This document shows positions 38,035 through 51,332 of a DNA stretch of 64,000 nucleotides, in pieces (the first letter of the stretch is position 1; every line of letters begins with the position of its first letter). Below the pieces are notes generated by a model that searched no databases, had not been told where the DNA came from, and was given only the letters and a program-made list of their open reading frames with translations. Origin of the DNA: Paragordius varius. Lineage: Eukaryota; Animalia; Nematomorpha. Where the stretch lies: the NCBI GenBank assembly GCA_964247055.1, contig OZ176056.1:2790001-2854000 (forward strand), written 5' to 3'. The translations under genes were made by a program, and so were the position numbers.

Positions 38035-40190
38035 CAGGGGCGTACCGATGGGGGGGCAAGGGGATGCATCATGCCCCGGGCGCCGTTATTTAGGGGCGCC
38101 TAAATGATTTTTTTAAATTAAATTTAAATTATGCAAAAATAATAACAACTTTCAAGTAAAATTCTTCAGCAACATAGGTAATCTGTAAAATAATATCAAA
38201 ATTATATAAATGAGATCAAGATCAAGCAAAAAACAACTTTCATTATTCCCTTCAACATTTGCAAACTTATTTTTTCGCTTTAAAAACGTTTCTTTCTCAC
38301 GCCCATATTGTTAATTCTTTTATTGCCTTTAATTAAATTATTTTAACTTGTCGCTCTGTTGTACACTTGCTGGCTTAAGTAAACTTACTCAATTTCGTTT
38401 AGCTTACAAGTCAACTGCGACTTTTTTATCACCCCACCCCTTATCTCTTTATAATTTATGATTGCATTTCCATTTTACAAATACCCAATTTCATTTATTT
38501 AAATCCCCAAGATCAATCCATCTCTAAGGTAGGTTTTATTACTAACATAGCCTTGTTTTTTTTATAATTACATTTACTTTCATCATATATTATCTATGTC
38601 TAAACTCAGCGGTTACGCAAATAGGAAACGAAAAATCAAGGAAGAGAATAAAACAAATAAAATGCGAATGCGTATGAATTCTTATTTAACGAAAATATCT
38701 GACCCTAACATTGAAAAAGTGTATGCGACACAAACATAACGGTAATAACTTAAATACACCTGAAACCCTAGTTATTGATCCAATAAATAGATATAAAACT
38801 ACAAATATATCATTGTAATTCCAAGCGCTATACCTACAGAGTTTAATGATGTCGCCTTTTTGTAATAATAATGTCCCTCCCGTAATATTTAATCAGCTTC
38901 ACACAATAATGATTCTTCGTGGATCTCAAGTATATCAAAATAAATGCCATCTCTTTGAAATCATCGTTCAATGCCTCAATCTTGGTTTTTTCGACGTGTA
39001 AAAAAAGGATTTGAAGTTGAGAAGTCTTGGCTTTTATATTTACCAAAGAACAGATCTGAGTATTGTTATAAATGCCTACTTTTTGATCGATCTTATTATA
39101 TGAAATATTGGCCTGCATAAAATATCTAATCAACCAAAATCTCCCTGAGGCCGTGTTGCAAGTTTAATGTATCTAGATGACTCAGCACCAAATCCTGGAA
39201 ATCTCTATCTTTACTAAAATTGCTCATTTTGACACAAATAATGGGAGAACACATGAGAAATATTGAATTTTTTAACGCTTTATCCTATGTTTTATTCAAA
39301 AAACGAGTTTATACATCTTTTAGCTTCAGGAGTTAAAGCAAAATTGATTAATGACATAAGCAAAGTAAATATTTTGAACTAATATTTGATTCAACGCCAG
39401 ATATAGGGCACCGAGAACAAACTCAAGTTGCCAGATAGGTGTTAATTGATTATGAGAAAAAGAAAGTTGTCATAAAGGAATCCTTTATGGGTTTTTTTCC
39501 AGTTATTCAACAAAGTTGCATTGTCGATTGAAAATGTAATTTTAGAAAATTTAAATATGGATAATATTCAGTTATCAAATTGTAGATCTCCAATGCTATG
39601 ATAATGCAGCTGTGATGTCGGGTCACATTTCAGGCGTTTAACAAAGAATTAGGAAATAAAGCAATATTTGTCAATTGTTACAATCATTCCTTAAATTTAG
39701 TAGGAGTCACGGTAGCAAAAAGATGTTATTGTTGTAACGTGTTTGGGACTAATTAAAAATATCCATCTTTTTTATTCAACTATTAGATGAGACCTATTAA
39801 AAAATAAACTAAAAAACTATTAAGCGTGAGTCTGAAAGCCCGATGGATTGCTAGAATTCAAGCACTCAATGCCATTGAGGGAAGAGATGATTTGATAGAG
39901 CTCTTAAAGAATTAAGTAAAAATATTTCAAATACTAGTATAACAAGAAGTGAGGCATCCATTTTACTTCAATGTGTTTTAAATTTTAATTTTTATCATTT
40001 TTCTGGCATCAAATATTTGTAATCGATAGGGTTCAACATAGATTGCAAGATCTTAAAATTAATTTTGATAAAGCATTTAAGGGCGATATTTTTTTACTAA
40101 ATTGTTTTATTGATTTTCAAAAAGAGAAGGGGGGAGGGGGCGCCATAAGTGTTTTATGCCCCGGGCGCCGCAAATGCTCGTACGCCACTG
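38035..40190 (+). mobile_element. Tip100/ZMYM1-type hAT element B (defective)
   Basis: TIR CAGGGGCGTACC / CGTACGCCACTG; TSD GTTATGTA / GTTATGTC; broken transposase with FDSTPDIGHREQ, CYDNAAVMSGH and CYNHSLNL. Confidence 0.92.
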
Positions 40191-42699
40191 GTTATGTCAA
40201 TTATGGAAGAAAGCAAGTTTAATCATACTTTTTGGAGCGAAAATTTTTAAACTATTTTGGCACCATGAAAAGTTATAAGCTAGTCTTAAGCCATAATTAA
40301 GACAGAAAAAATGGTTATATTTTTATAGACTAATTTTAAAGCTCATAATCTACAGAACGATCCTTACATTCGAGTTATTTTATATTTTAGAATCATTATT
40401 TTGAAGTGCAATTTTTTATGCGTTTAACACTTAATTACCTTTTAACTTTTTTGTCAAGTTTACTTTTGGTGTGGTTTATAGCGAACAATATCGTAAATAA
40501 ATTACAGCTTTGAAAGTTATTTTAAAAATGTATTTTTCAATTGTTCTCATGTATTAGATAAAAAAGCTATTTTTACAGTTTTGTGACTTATAGAGCCTAA
40601 AATTGGGACAGCTTTAAAACACCATTGAAACGAACAGCTGATATTAAAATCAATAACAAGTTTTTGCTGGTAAAATGTAGCCTGAAAGCCTCTTAAAGTT
40701 AATTATTTTTATTTTGTAATTTATACATTTGTTTATCCGGTTGCATTAGCGATTTAAATAAAATAAAAAGTGGCAAAAAAAAGATAAGTTTTTTACATTT
40801 AAAAAAAATATATGTTCCTACTAAAGAAAGCATATTAATTCATCTTACCTTAAAAACTTTTTACTATAAAATTTCAAACTTCGGGATATGGATACCTTAA
40901 AAGTTAATGGAGTGTTAGCTCATTCTAATTCTACATATTAATACAAAACATATGATATAATTATGCCTGGGATCGTCAACGACAATCCAAGGACATAGCA
41001 TGATTTAGTGTTTTTATACCGCATCTGTTTTTGGCGATTTATATTTTCTAATATTTGTAGCGTAGTAATCCTCTTGTATCAGACCAATGCTATATGCAAA
41101 TCAAAAATTTTTTAATTCGCAAAATTATTTCAGAAATACTAATTGCTTATTTTTTTCAATATCGATTTGTAAAAATATACCCGACTTATTAACATATTTC
41201 ATAGGTTTGACACATAAAAATTGATTTATAATAGTATCTAAGAGCATTGCAATTATTGTCGATTATAATTAATTAAAGACGTTTTAATTTAAATTGTTTT
41301 TTTGGTTATTTTTGGTTTCATTGGGTAATTAATGCTTTTACTGCATTTTAACTAAGTATAAATTAGCAAACCACCGCATAACTTATTTTATACCAAAAAT
41401 TTCATTGGATTTAAACTATTGCCATTATGGTATAAGGGGTATACTAAACAAAGTTTATACAGTAAAAACTGAAATTATACGGTACGTAAAAATATAGACA
41501 AATATTTGGCTCTAAAAAACTAACCATATTTTTTTCACATGATTTATTTAAATTAACTCATTGTTTGAAATGGCAGAGTCTGAAATAGAGATATATATAT
41601 TACTAACTCAGTCAATTCTATATTTTACAATTGTCACTAAATAGCTTTTATAAGAAAAATTAAAGTTTTAAAAAGTAGAGTTGTCATTTAGATAATAATA
41701 CTTGTCTTTATATTTTACCTCCGTATAATTTCAATTTTTACTGTATTTTACACTAAATTAAAAACTATACAATTCGCATATGATACGTAATGATGATTGG
41801 AACGGTATGGAAACGTATTAATAATATATATATATAATTCGATGATGTCTATTACCTCAAAATTTTAAAACAAAAGGTTTGTTTTATAAAAAAATAATTA
41901 TATAACATTTGATGACGAAGTATATTTTAATCCAAATCGAATATAAAATATGTATTTATAATATCTTAGAATGTTTTTATACCGTTTCCATCCGTCAAAA
42001 TAGTATTAAGAACGCATCGACTTATCTCTAAAATTTAAATTTTTGAAAAAATTCAATTGAAAATTTAAGTTGATATTAATAGCACATATTGAATTTATCG
42101 CGCAGTCTTGGCATTTCTTTTATATTAATCTTTTTATGCTTTTATCCAGTTTATTATATATTTTAGGGATATTTTGTAGAATAAAATAAACCATTAAGCT
42201 TTCACCAAAAATCTTTATTTAGCAAAATGAGCTCCAATTTTGTCATTTCTTTATATAATGCATTTACCAAAAAAGTTAACGTTCTTAAATCACTGGCAAG
42301 AACTGAAACAAAATTAACCATGATAATCCTAATACATTTTCTTATCAGAATATATATATTTCATCAGGATATTTTTTTGTCGACACTGTGTATATTTATC
42401 TACATAATGAAAACGTATTAAATGTTAACCTGGGTAATATAACTACCCCCAAAAATAGAGATAAGTGTCATAAAAATAGAATCAGATATTATTAACCAAA
42501 TTTTATACTGATTTAATACACACTTTTTGAGGTAATTTTTTCTACCACAGCCCGATTTATGTTAAACAATTTAAGAGTAGATCCAATGTTTTATACAAGA
42601 ATTCTATGATTAGGTCATGATTCATAGAAAAATTAATTTAGATTTTTTGAAAGTTGAAAATTTAACAGTTATGTATTTTTTTAATTTATTTAGTTTATT

Positions 42700-44800
42700 T
42701 ATCTGGACATCCCCTTGAGGGAAAATTAAAAACCAAATAGATGATTTGATAGGACAACAAAAATGGAAAAGGTTCTTCATAAATGCTAAAACCAAGAAAA
42801 GTTGCGACTGCTCAAGCGATCATATTAATAACAACAATTAAAACGCACATGCTAAAACCCCGAAAGAATAAAAAAGAATACTAATACAATGTGGAACGAA
42901 TCCCTTTAGAATATAGGATAGAAGTAAACAATAGAAATTAATTACTAGGTAAGATAGAAATTATTCAGATAACCAATGGAATAGTATAAAAACAATAATT
43001 CACGAAACAGTACAAAAATATTAACCAAAGAAAAAACATTATATAAAAAAGGGTTATTAGATGACTGCATATTAATAATTGAAGAAAGAAGAAGAGTCAA
43101 GAAAAGTGACTCCAGAGACAGAAAAGGAAGGACCTGGATGAATACTGGAACGAACAATGCATGACTATTGAGGAAGCAAACAGAAAAGGCTTAAGTAATC
43201 CTCTGTTCCAAACCATCAGAAATATAACAAATCAATACCAACTTCCAAACATTAAAATTAAGGATGACGACGGAAATAGAAACTAAAGATGGGAAATTAC
43301 ACTAAACAGCTATATACTGCACGCCCAGGTACAACGATAGACAATATATATGGGGATGATGAGTTATGTATACTTGAAACAGAGGTAGTAAAGGCTTTAA
43401 ACGATACCAATAAAAGCCTGGGGAATAGACAATATTTTCTTGGAATTAAAAAGAGATATACAGATTTGAGTTTTACATAGATTGTGTCAGGATGTATGGG
43501 AGTCAGGTTGGCCAAAAGACTGGCAAACTTTACTGTTTATCCCAGTCTTTAAAAGAGAGATAAATCAAATTGCGAGAACTATAAAAACATAGCTCTCATT
43601 AGTCATGCAATTAAAATTTAATTTTATTAAGGATCATCCAGAACAGACTACACCAAGTGATAGCCAGGGAGATTCCAGATGTTAGGTTTTATGAAGGGAG
43701 TAGCACAAGAGATCACATCTCTAACATGAGACGCATAATTGAAACTTTTAAAAATTTCAAGTAAAGTTACTAATATGTTGTATTGATTATACCCAAGCTT
43801 TTGACTCGATTAACCATGTCCATTTATGGCGAATTTGGAATGGGAGTTATAGCAAAGCTTAAAACCTTGCTCAAAAATTTGTATGAAAACCAAAAAGCCC
43901 TAATACAAACCCCGGTAAGCAGAACCAACGAAATTTTAATACAGAAAGGTGTTAGACAAGGATGTTGCCTATCATCATACTTGTTTAATATTTGTAGAGA
44001 AATGATCATGAGAAAAATAGATGCAGCTACTAAAAGCCTGAGGATAGGAGGGCGAATGATTAACAATCTAAGCCCAGATGACACGACGCTGATCGCAGAT
44101 AATGTAGAATGTTTAGAGATTACGATAAGATTAGTAAGAGAAGAAAGCAAAAGATATGGATTAAACCTCATTCTTAAGAAAACCAAAGTTATGAGTTTAT
44201 TAGAAAATAAACCGAATATAACCATGAAGACACCCGAGAGATGCAGTAAATCAAATTCTATTAGGCTCTTTAATAGATATAAACGGCTCCTCCACGCCAG
44301 ATATTAAACGCCGCATAGCATTAGGGAAGTCAGCTGCAAACAATTTGACTAAACTATGGAAAAATATAGATTTCAATATGAAAACCAAAAAGAGAGTAAT
44401 GAAATGCATGGTTATTCCGGTAGCATCTTATGCTGTTGAAGGTCAGAATGATAAATAAAGGATTGCAGCATTTGAAATGTGAGGAAAGTATTAAATATTA
44501 CATGGTCAGAAAAGGCTAATTATATAACAGTAAGAGAAAAATTAAATATTAGGAGTCACTTAATGGAAGCTATAATAAAAAGAAGGTTAACGTACATTGG
44601 TCACATTTTAAAAAGTACATCTCTTGAGAAGGATTTTGGAAAAGTTGAAGGGTAAAGAAAAAAATAAAGACCAATGTTAAGATGATACTGTCAAGAAGGA
44701 GTCTGGTAGATGTATAAAAGTTGAAAGATATTGCATGGGAAGGAGACAAGTGGAAATAATTTGTCATTTTAATTTCCAAGGTTGAACTCGATTTAGGAAT
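42700..44800 (+). mobile_element. RTE-clade LINE, 5' truncated and degenerate
   Basis: Endonuclease end (WTSP...KNQID...CSSDH) and RT (KGVRQGCCLSSYLFNI, GGRMINNL..DDTTL, GLNL..KKTKVM) with stops and frameshifts. Confidence 0.88.
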
Positions 44801-44910
44801 TAACTACCCAGCTAGTTTATCTATAATACTATTTAAATTATTAGCCTACTAGTTTCGACTTTAATAGAGAAACATATTCCAAAATGGATATCTAAGTTTT
44901 TAAACCTTAA

Positions 44911-46918
44911 ACCAGGGGTTTCCAACACAAATAGCTTTAGGGGACATTGGATCAAAAAATCCAGCGGGCTGCATTCGCAAAATATATATGTGTGTGGATA
45001 GATTTGAATACATCAGTTAGCTAACCTTAGACTAGATAAATTTATATATCAGTTTTGAATACATTTTTGATGACCTTTTATCTTTGAAATAAACTATTGT
45101 ATCAATTTTGTTTTTAACCTGCACACGTTATTTTACTTTGGTTTAACATGTGAATAATATCACAAAAAGTATATAAACATCGCTATATAGTTTAGTTTTT
45201 GTATTTTATCTCAATAAATATTCTTGTTTTACGGTTTCTCGAGTCACCACATTTGGCGCGGTCGTTTTATATCATTACATTCGCGCATGGAGATTCTAAA
45301 GCATATGATCCCGCAACTAGCTTTGATAACTATATCGATTATATAAATAGAATGTTAACTGTGAAATTAAATTAAGGAGATGACGAAACAAAAAAACTTG
45401 TTATTGGCCTACATCAGTCTATCCCATATTGCAAAGTTGAAGAAGTTCTTTCCCGTATTGTTAGAAGTGGGGTGGGATGCTTTGGTAGCAGCTGGAAAAA
45501 AAATATTTGCTCCGACATACAATGTGTTTGCAGCCAGGTTCCAGTTTATGCAAATCCGGAGGAAAGCCACGGAATCAGTGATGGATTATTTGATTCGGAT
45601 AAAGGAATGTGCTGCCCGGTGCAACTTTGGGCAAGATACAATGCTAAGAATCAAGATTGGTTTGTTGGAGGATTTGAACTCAAAAGATTGGAAATAGATC
45701 TGTTCACGAAATTTCCAGATATGTACGATGGGAAACCTATTACGTTGGAGATGGTGGTAGAAATGGCAATGGCGCAGAAAAGGCGGATTGTTTGATTGAA
45801 TAGGGTTTTGACAATAAACAGGTGATGGTAATAAAAAATAAGTGTGAAAAATGTGGGTACGTCCATGCGATCAACTGGTGTCCCGCAAAGTGATAGTTAA
45901 GAAGATAATAATATTCGCATATGTGGTATTTTTAGAGTTATTGTTAACCCAAGTCAGGTTCCTGTCGATCATTTGATTCCAACGTTAGATCATTTAGTGT
46001 TTAAAATCGGGCAGGAAATAGTTTTAACGACCTTAGAAATAAAAGAAGCTTACTGGCAATAGCCCATCCACCTCTTGAGTTAGAAAAACACCCTCATAAC
46101 AATTAGAGGACGACATAATACCCAATCAAGTCTTTACACCGGACGAAGAAGTGAACATAAAGAATGAAATCGATTCGGGGTGGAGCAAAGGTTCAATTTT
46201 GGAGAGAACAGGGGTAGTCTCGTACACGGTTAAAGATGGAAATCGAACCCTTCGCAATCCTGTAGATCAATTACGGCCGACCGGTGTCGAGAACGGCGGA
46301 GAGGGGGATAATAATTTAACGATAAACCAAACAGATGAATGTATTACAACCAATGATCGGGAGGTGGGGGAGGAACAAAACAAAGAAAAAGAAAACGAGA
46401 AAGACACCCAAGTTGAAATGAAAACGGATCGGCTCGGATTCGGATAATGAGATATGATAGATTTGAACATCAGTTAGCTAACCTAAGACTAGATAAATTT
46501 ATATATTAGTTTTAAATTCATTTTTGATGACCGTTTATATTTAAATTAAACTATTTTATCAATTTTGAATTTAACCTGCACACGTTATTTTACCTTGGTT
46601 TAACATGCAAATATTATATCCAAAAAAAGTATATAAACATCGCTTATATAGTTTAGTTTTTGTATTTTATCTCAATAAATATTCTTGTTTTACGGTTTCT
46701 CGAGTCACCACAATGTTTTAACAAATATTATAACAGATTAAAACATATGACATGTGGTACTAACAATTTTTGCTAGTTCAACGCCGAAATTCGGGAAGAT
46801 TTATTCAAAATATTTGTTAGAGAAAATTAATTTACTAAAATCTAGTATTTAAAATTCGCTAGCCGCAGAAATTTTTTGGAAAGCCGCATCGGCTCGCAAG
46901 CGTGTTAAACACCCCTCA
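44911..46918. mobile_element. Buster-type hAT MITE interrupted by the gypsy provirus
   Basis: Left CAGGGGTTTCCAACACAAAT (same family as the 105-bp repeat), right GTGTTAAACACCCCTC; TSD degenerate. Confidence 0.5.
44993..46712 (+). mobile_element. Internally deleted Ty3/gypsy LTR retrotransposon
   Basis: LTRs about 44993-45251 and 46452-46712 ending CACCACA; PBS-like TGGCGCGGTCG at 45254; flanks ATGTG / ATGTT. Fragments of gag (KKIFAPTYNVFAARFQF), RT (DHLIPTLD...KEAYWQ) and post-integrase tail (SYTVKDG...VDQLR). Confidence 0.9.
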
Positions 46919-47905
46919 TTTAATCAGATCGTCTCAGTTTTAATAGATGGTCCGTGTTTATTATGGCAATTTCAACATAGCATTTATTATAAAGTATACG
47001 GAGAAAACTACTATCTCGAAATTATTATCGTTATGATAAAGATAGACTTTGTATTTTAAAAACAAATGTAAATACAGACTGCATGAATTGTGTTTCAAGG
47101 CGTATGACTTCAAGAGTTGAGCAAGTATAAATGGTAAATTATGAGAATTAAATATTATTGGTTTCTATTAATTATTTTCGAATCACCGCAATTTAAGTAC
47201 CGCCGGCGCCCCCTGCAAAAAGCCATCCGCCAAGTTAAATAATTTAGAAAAGTGTATATAACTTATATTAAGTAGACTGCTATCATATTATCTGATTATT
47301 ACGTATTTGAAAATATATAAAAAATAAATTAAATTTTTTATACTTTTTAAATATGGAAATATGTAAATGCAACTAAACTATCCCAATTTGAATCGAACTA
47401 CTGAAATGAATGTGTTGCATCCAAGTGTTAACTATACCAGGTTTATTTAAACAATATAATAAATACAATTGTTTTTTTATTTTTTTATATAATCAATATA
47501 CACAAAACAAGCAATCAATAGGTTATCTAATTTTATGTGTGAGAGGTCTAGTGCCAGCCTTTTTTTCGTAAAACATCCTAATCAAATCATAAAAATTTGT
47601 TATTATATACATTGAAAATAACATTAACTCAAATGATAGCTAAAAATATTTGGTATGGTAATTGAACTCTAAACACGAACTAATTAACAAGAAAAAAGTT
47701 AAGTATTCTTAGTATTTAGATTGTTATATACCAAGGTGTAATAAAAAAATTATCATAAAAGGCAAGATAAAAATAATAACAATATAATTTTTAGAGATAC
47801 AAAATTGAACTGCCCTCATCATTTATTAGATTTCCTATTATATTTGTCAGTTATACCTCCCTTTAACAATTATAACTTGGAATTTTCTTTTTTATTTCAA
47901 TTGAT

Positions 47906-47975
47906 ATGACCAGCATTATGAAATATATTTGGATATTATTATGCTTTACATTGCTATATGGTCAATCAGTTACAG
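47906..47975 (+). CDS. First coding exon: signal peptide MTSIMKYIWILLCFTLLYGQSVT
   Basis: ATG, basic residue, hydrophobic core, small-residue cleavage region, then ACAG/GTAATT phase-1 donor matching the phase of the downstream exons. Confidence 0.7.
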
Positions 47976-50900
47976 GTAATTAAATTTTTATGATATATTT
48001 GATCGGGTAACTGATTCCTATGCTATTTTATCTAATAAGTTAATTTTTGAATGTATCATAATAATAAAAAAGTTGAAATAATTTGACCATTTTATGGCTA
48101 CATTCCTAAAAAAATATTCATAAGGAAATAATCCAAATAATTTTTGTAAATTAAAATAAGTTTAAATATGATCCCTTTTACGATTACCCCTGTCGCCTAT
48201 TCATTATACTAAATTTGGTTGTTAGCGAAATTTTCGGGATGAGTTGGCCTAATTTCAAGCAAATGAAAAAAATCAAGCCAATTTTTATCCATTAATACAA
48301 TTTAGAAAAATTCGACAACTTGTTTGGAATCGAATTACTGCAGCTTTTACAACATATTCTTTAATAGCGTTAAATTCTCATTATATTGATAATATAATGA
48401 TTTATCAATATATATTACAATTTCCTAGTTTTTTGCGTAAGATTATTTAGATAAATCTTACTTTGTTTAGTCGTTGTTGATTTTGAGATTCAAATAAGTT
48501 GTTAAACACTATGGGTTAGTAATTAATTTATGATTGCCAACTTTGTGTTATTTTCCGATTCTCATTAACAATTGTCCAAATTCTTAAAAATATAAGAAAT
48601 CTTTTGGAATATTGACAACAGTTCTTCTTAAATGTCAATTTTTTTATCAAATAATATTGATATAAAATTTAAAATTAATCCTAAACTCAAATGTCTTTAA
48701 TAGGCAACAAAATAATTATTATTTAATCTTTTTGGTTCTATATATTTTTTTGAAAAAATGGGCTAGGAATAATTTGTAATATCTAACATTAACTCAATAT
48801 AATATAAACCATGTTATAAAAGCATGAGTCAAAACGGTTTAAAGCAAGAGTGTCCAACACATGGCCCTCCGAATGCGACCCTTCTAGACATTTTGTGCAA
48901 CCACAAATTTGAAATAAGACTTTAAATAATTAGCAAAAATAGTGCTTTTTATGAAATAAATTTAGGAAGAATGATATTGTTGAATTATCTGCCACGGATG
49001 TGGTTAACTATATCCACAACCGTTTTAATTACTAAATTGAGTTTATCTTTCACACGCGAAACCAAGTTTTGCTGATGAATAAAGCAGTGAAAGGATAAAA
49101 TATTTTGCAAATTATTTTGGTTTTTCAAAAGAGGAATAAATATTTTATTTATTCCAATCATAGAGGGATAGCCATCTGTGCAGATCAAAACCAATTTTTC
49201 ATAGAAATACCATTATTATCGAAAAAAGTGTTAATTATTTCGAGAAAATTACTTCCTTTCGTGGTATTATTCATTGGTAAAAATTTTAAATATTTATCGT
49301 TGATTATGTTGTCGTTGCAAAATCTTACGAAGAGCGTACATTGAGGTGTTGTACCAATATCAATGCTAAAATCAATAGCATTATTAAATTTGCAGCCAAT
49401 AATGTATTTGACATATCTTCAATGCGTCGAGCACATGTTGCAGAAAGTTGAATTTTTTTAATATGCCTCATGATTTGATTTTTATATAGAATTTATCAAA
49501 TGAAAAAGTGCAACCATTTATTAGACATTCTTTTAGTTGGGAATCAGTAAACGGTTTTATATTTTTTGCTAAAATTTAACAAATTTCATACGAAGCTAAT
49601 TATACAACTTTTTCCTGGGAGAAAGCTATGGACATAATAGATTTTCTTTTCTGGTATAATTCCTTAATCTTTTTATATTTTTCGTTTTTCCTCATGATTT
49701 TCTGGTAATTTATAAGAAAAATGGATTGTAAAATTCTTTCAATATTGTATTTTTTTATAATTATGTTGTCCTTACATATAAGGTAGGTAACAACATTTTT
49801 ATTTTAAACGACAAAGAATTTTTCTTCCCATTCTTTTTAAAGGGCGATTTTTATCGAATAATTTACGTTTTTTAGCATTAGATGTCATCCTTTGAATTTA
49901 TGTTTAAATATGTTGTAAATTTTTTCAAAAAATAGAAATATAATTTGAACTACACTATAAAAAACAAATTGAAATTTAATGATGTTTATTAAAAATATTT
50001 TATGGGGGTTATAAAAAATGAGGCAGGATAGCTATGAAAAGATGTTTTGGGTGAAAGACTTGCTTAAATACAAAAAAGGAAAGCATTAAAAATTTCAAAA
50101 TAGAAAAGAAAATATACAGAAACAATGTGTGCCAAATTTTTGAAATTATTTAAATGTAGGGAAATTTTTCTACATTTCAAATTGGGTAAAAAATAAAAAC
50201 TACCAAAAGAAAATAAATTAAAATTAAAATAATCGAAAATTCGTTTATGGATTTGAAAAATGATGTAATCAATATGGTCATAGGGCAATTTTGAAGCACT
50301 CTTAGGGCCGCATGCGGCCCGCAGGCCGCGGTTTGAGGATCACTGTCTTAAGATTTTCATCATGTATCAAAAAATAAACATATTGCTATAAATTTGCATT
50401 CATTGTAAATTTTAGAACGGAAAAAATTAGGACTTTCAAACCACTAAAATTTTAATTTTTATAAAAATATTGTTTGGATTGTTATATGTAATAATATATC
50501 TTGATATTTTTGGAATGAAGCATTTTTTCCCAAAAATTTTATTTATCATGTGTGCAAATTTCCCCCATTTTATAAAAATTTTACCACAAAATTGATGATT
50601 TAATCACATGCAATTAAAACCAAAAGCACCATGATAATATTGATCTATTTTCCTTTCTTAATGTATCTTTTAACAGGATATTTTTGTAACCTAGGAAATT
50701 TATTTTGTGCAAAACTAATGTAATTATTTTGTACCAAAAAAAAATTAAATGGCCTATTTAATTATACAGAAGAACCTGTGAGCGGATCTGGAATTTTTCC
50801 AGTAAAAAAGATATGGCTATTATTCAATTCTTTTATTATTATTTAAGGATAAACTATTTTTATATTCCCGTTACTTCAAGGCGGTTTTCAGAGCTAAAAA

Positions 50901-51291
50901 TTATATATAGAATTTTTTCAACTATAAAAGCGGCATCACTTATAATAAAATTTTAAATTATCAAATTTTTTTAAACCTACGCTATGACGAAAGGTTAAAT
51001 TAGGATTAAAAATTGAAAGTTTTTCTTATAAAATCATGTTTTTAGTTTCCTTTAAACATACTCTGTGGCTGGGGTCGGCACGGTCCAATGTAAGCCCTTG
51101 CGCGGACAAATAATCTATAAAATTATAAAATAAAAATTTAGAGCCTTCATTTGCTATTATTTATTTTCTATCGTCTTACTAACTTGTAAAAATAAAACAG
51201 TTTTTAAAAAATAAGTCATCATCGGACTTTCACTTAATATAAGAATTTAAAGCAAAACAGTTATCAGAAAATTTGTTTAATTATGTTTAAA

Positions 51292-51332
<41 letters not shown>

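Noticed and set aside
22528-40190. Composite transposon carrying the serpins, or co-duplicated hAT+serpin unit
   Set aside because: The outer ends are both the same (3') end, each element has its own different TSD, and the serpins are far more diverged than the TEs.
50770-50801. Possible extra micro-exon EEPVSGSGIFP
   Set aside because: It has an AG and a GT but ends in phase 0, which is incompatible with the phase-1 downstream exons.
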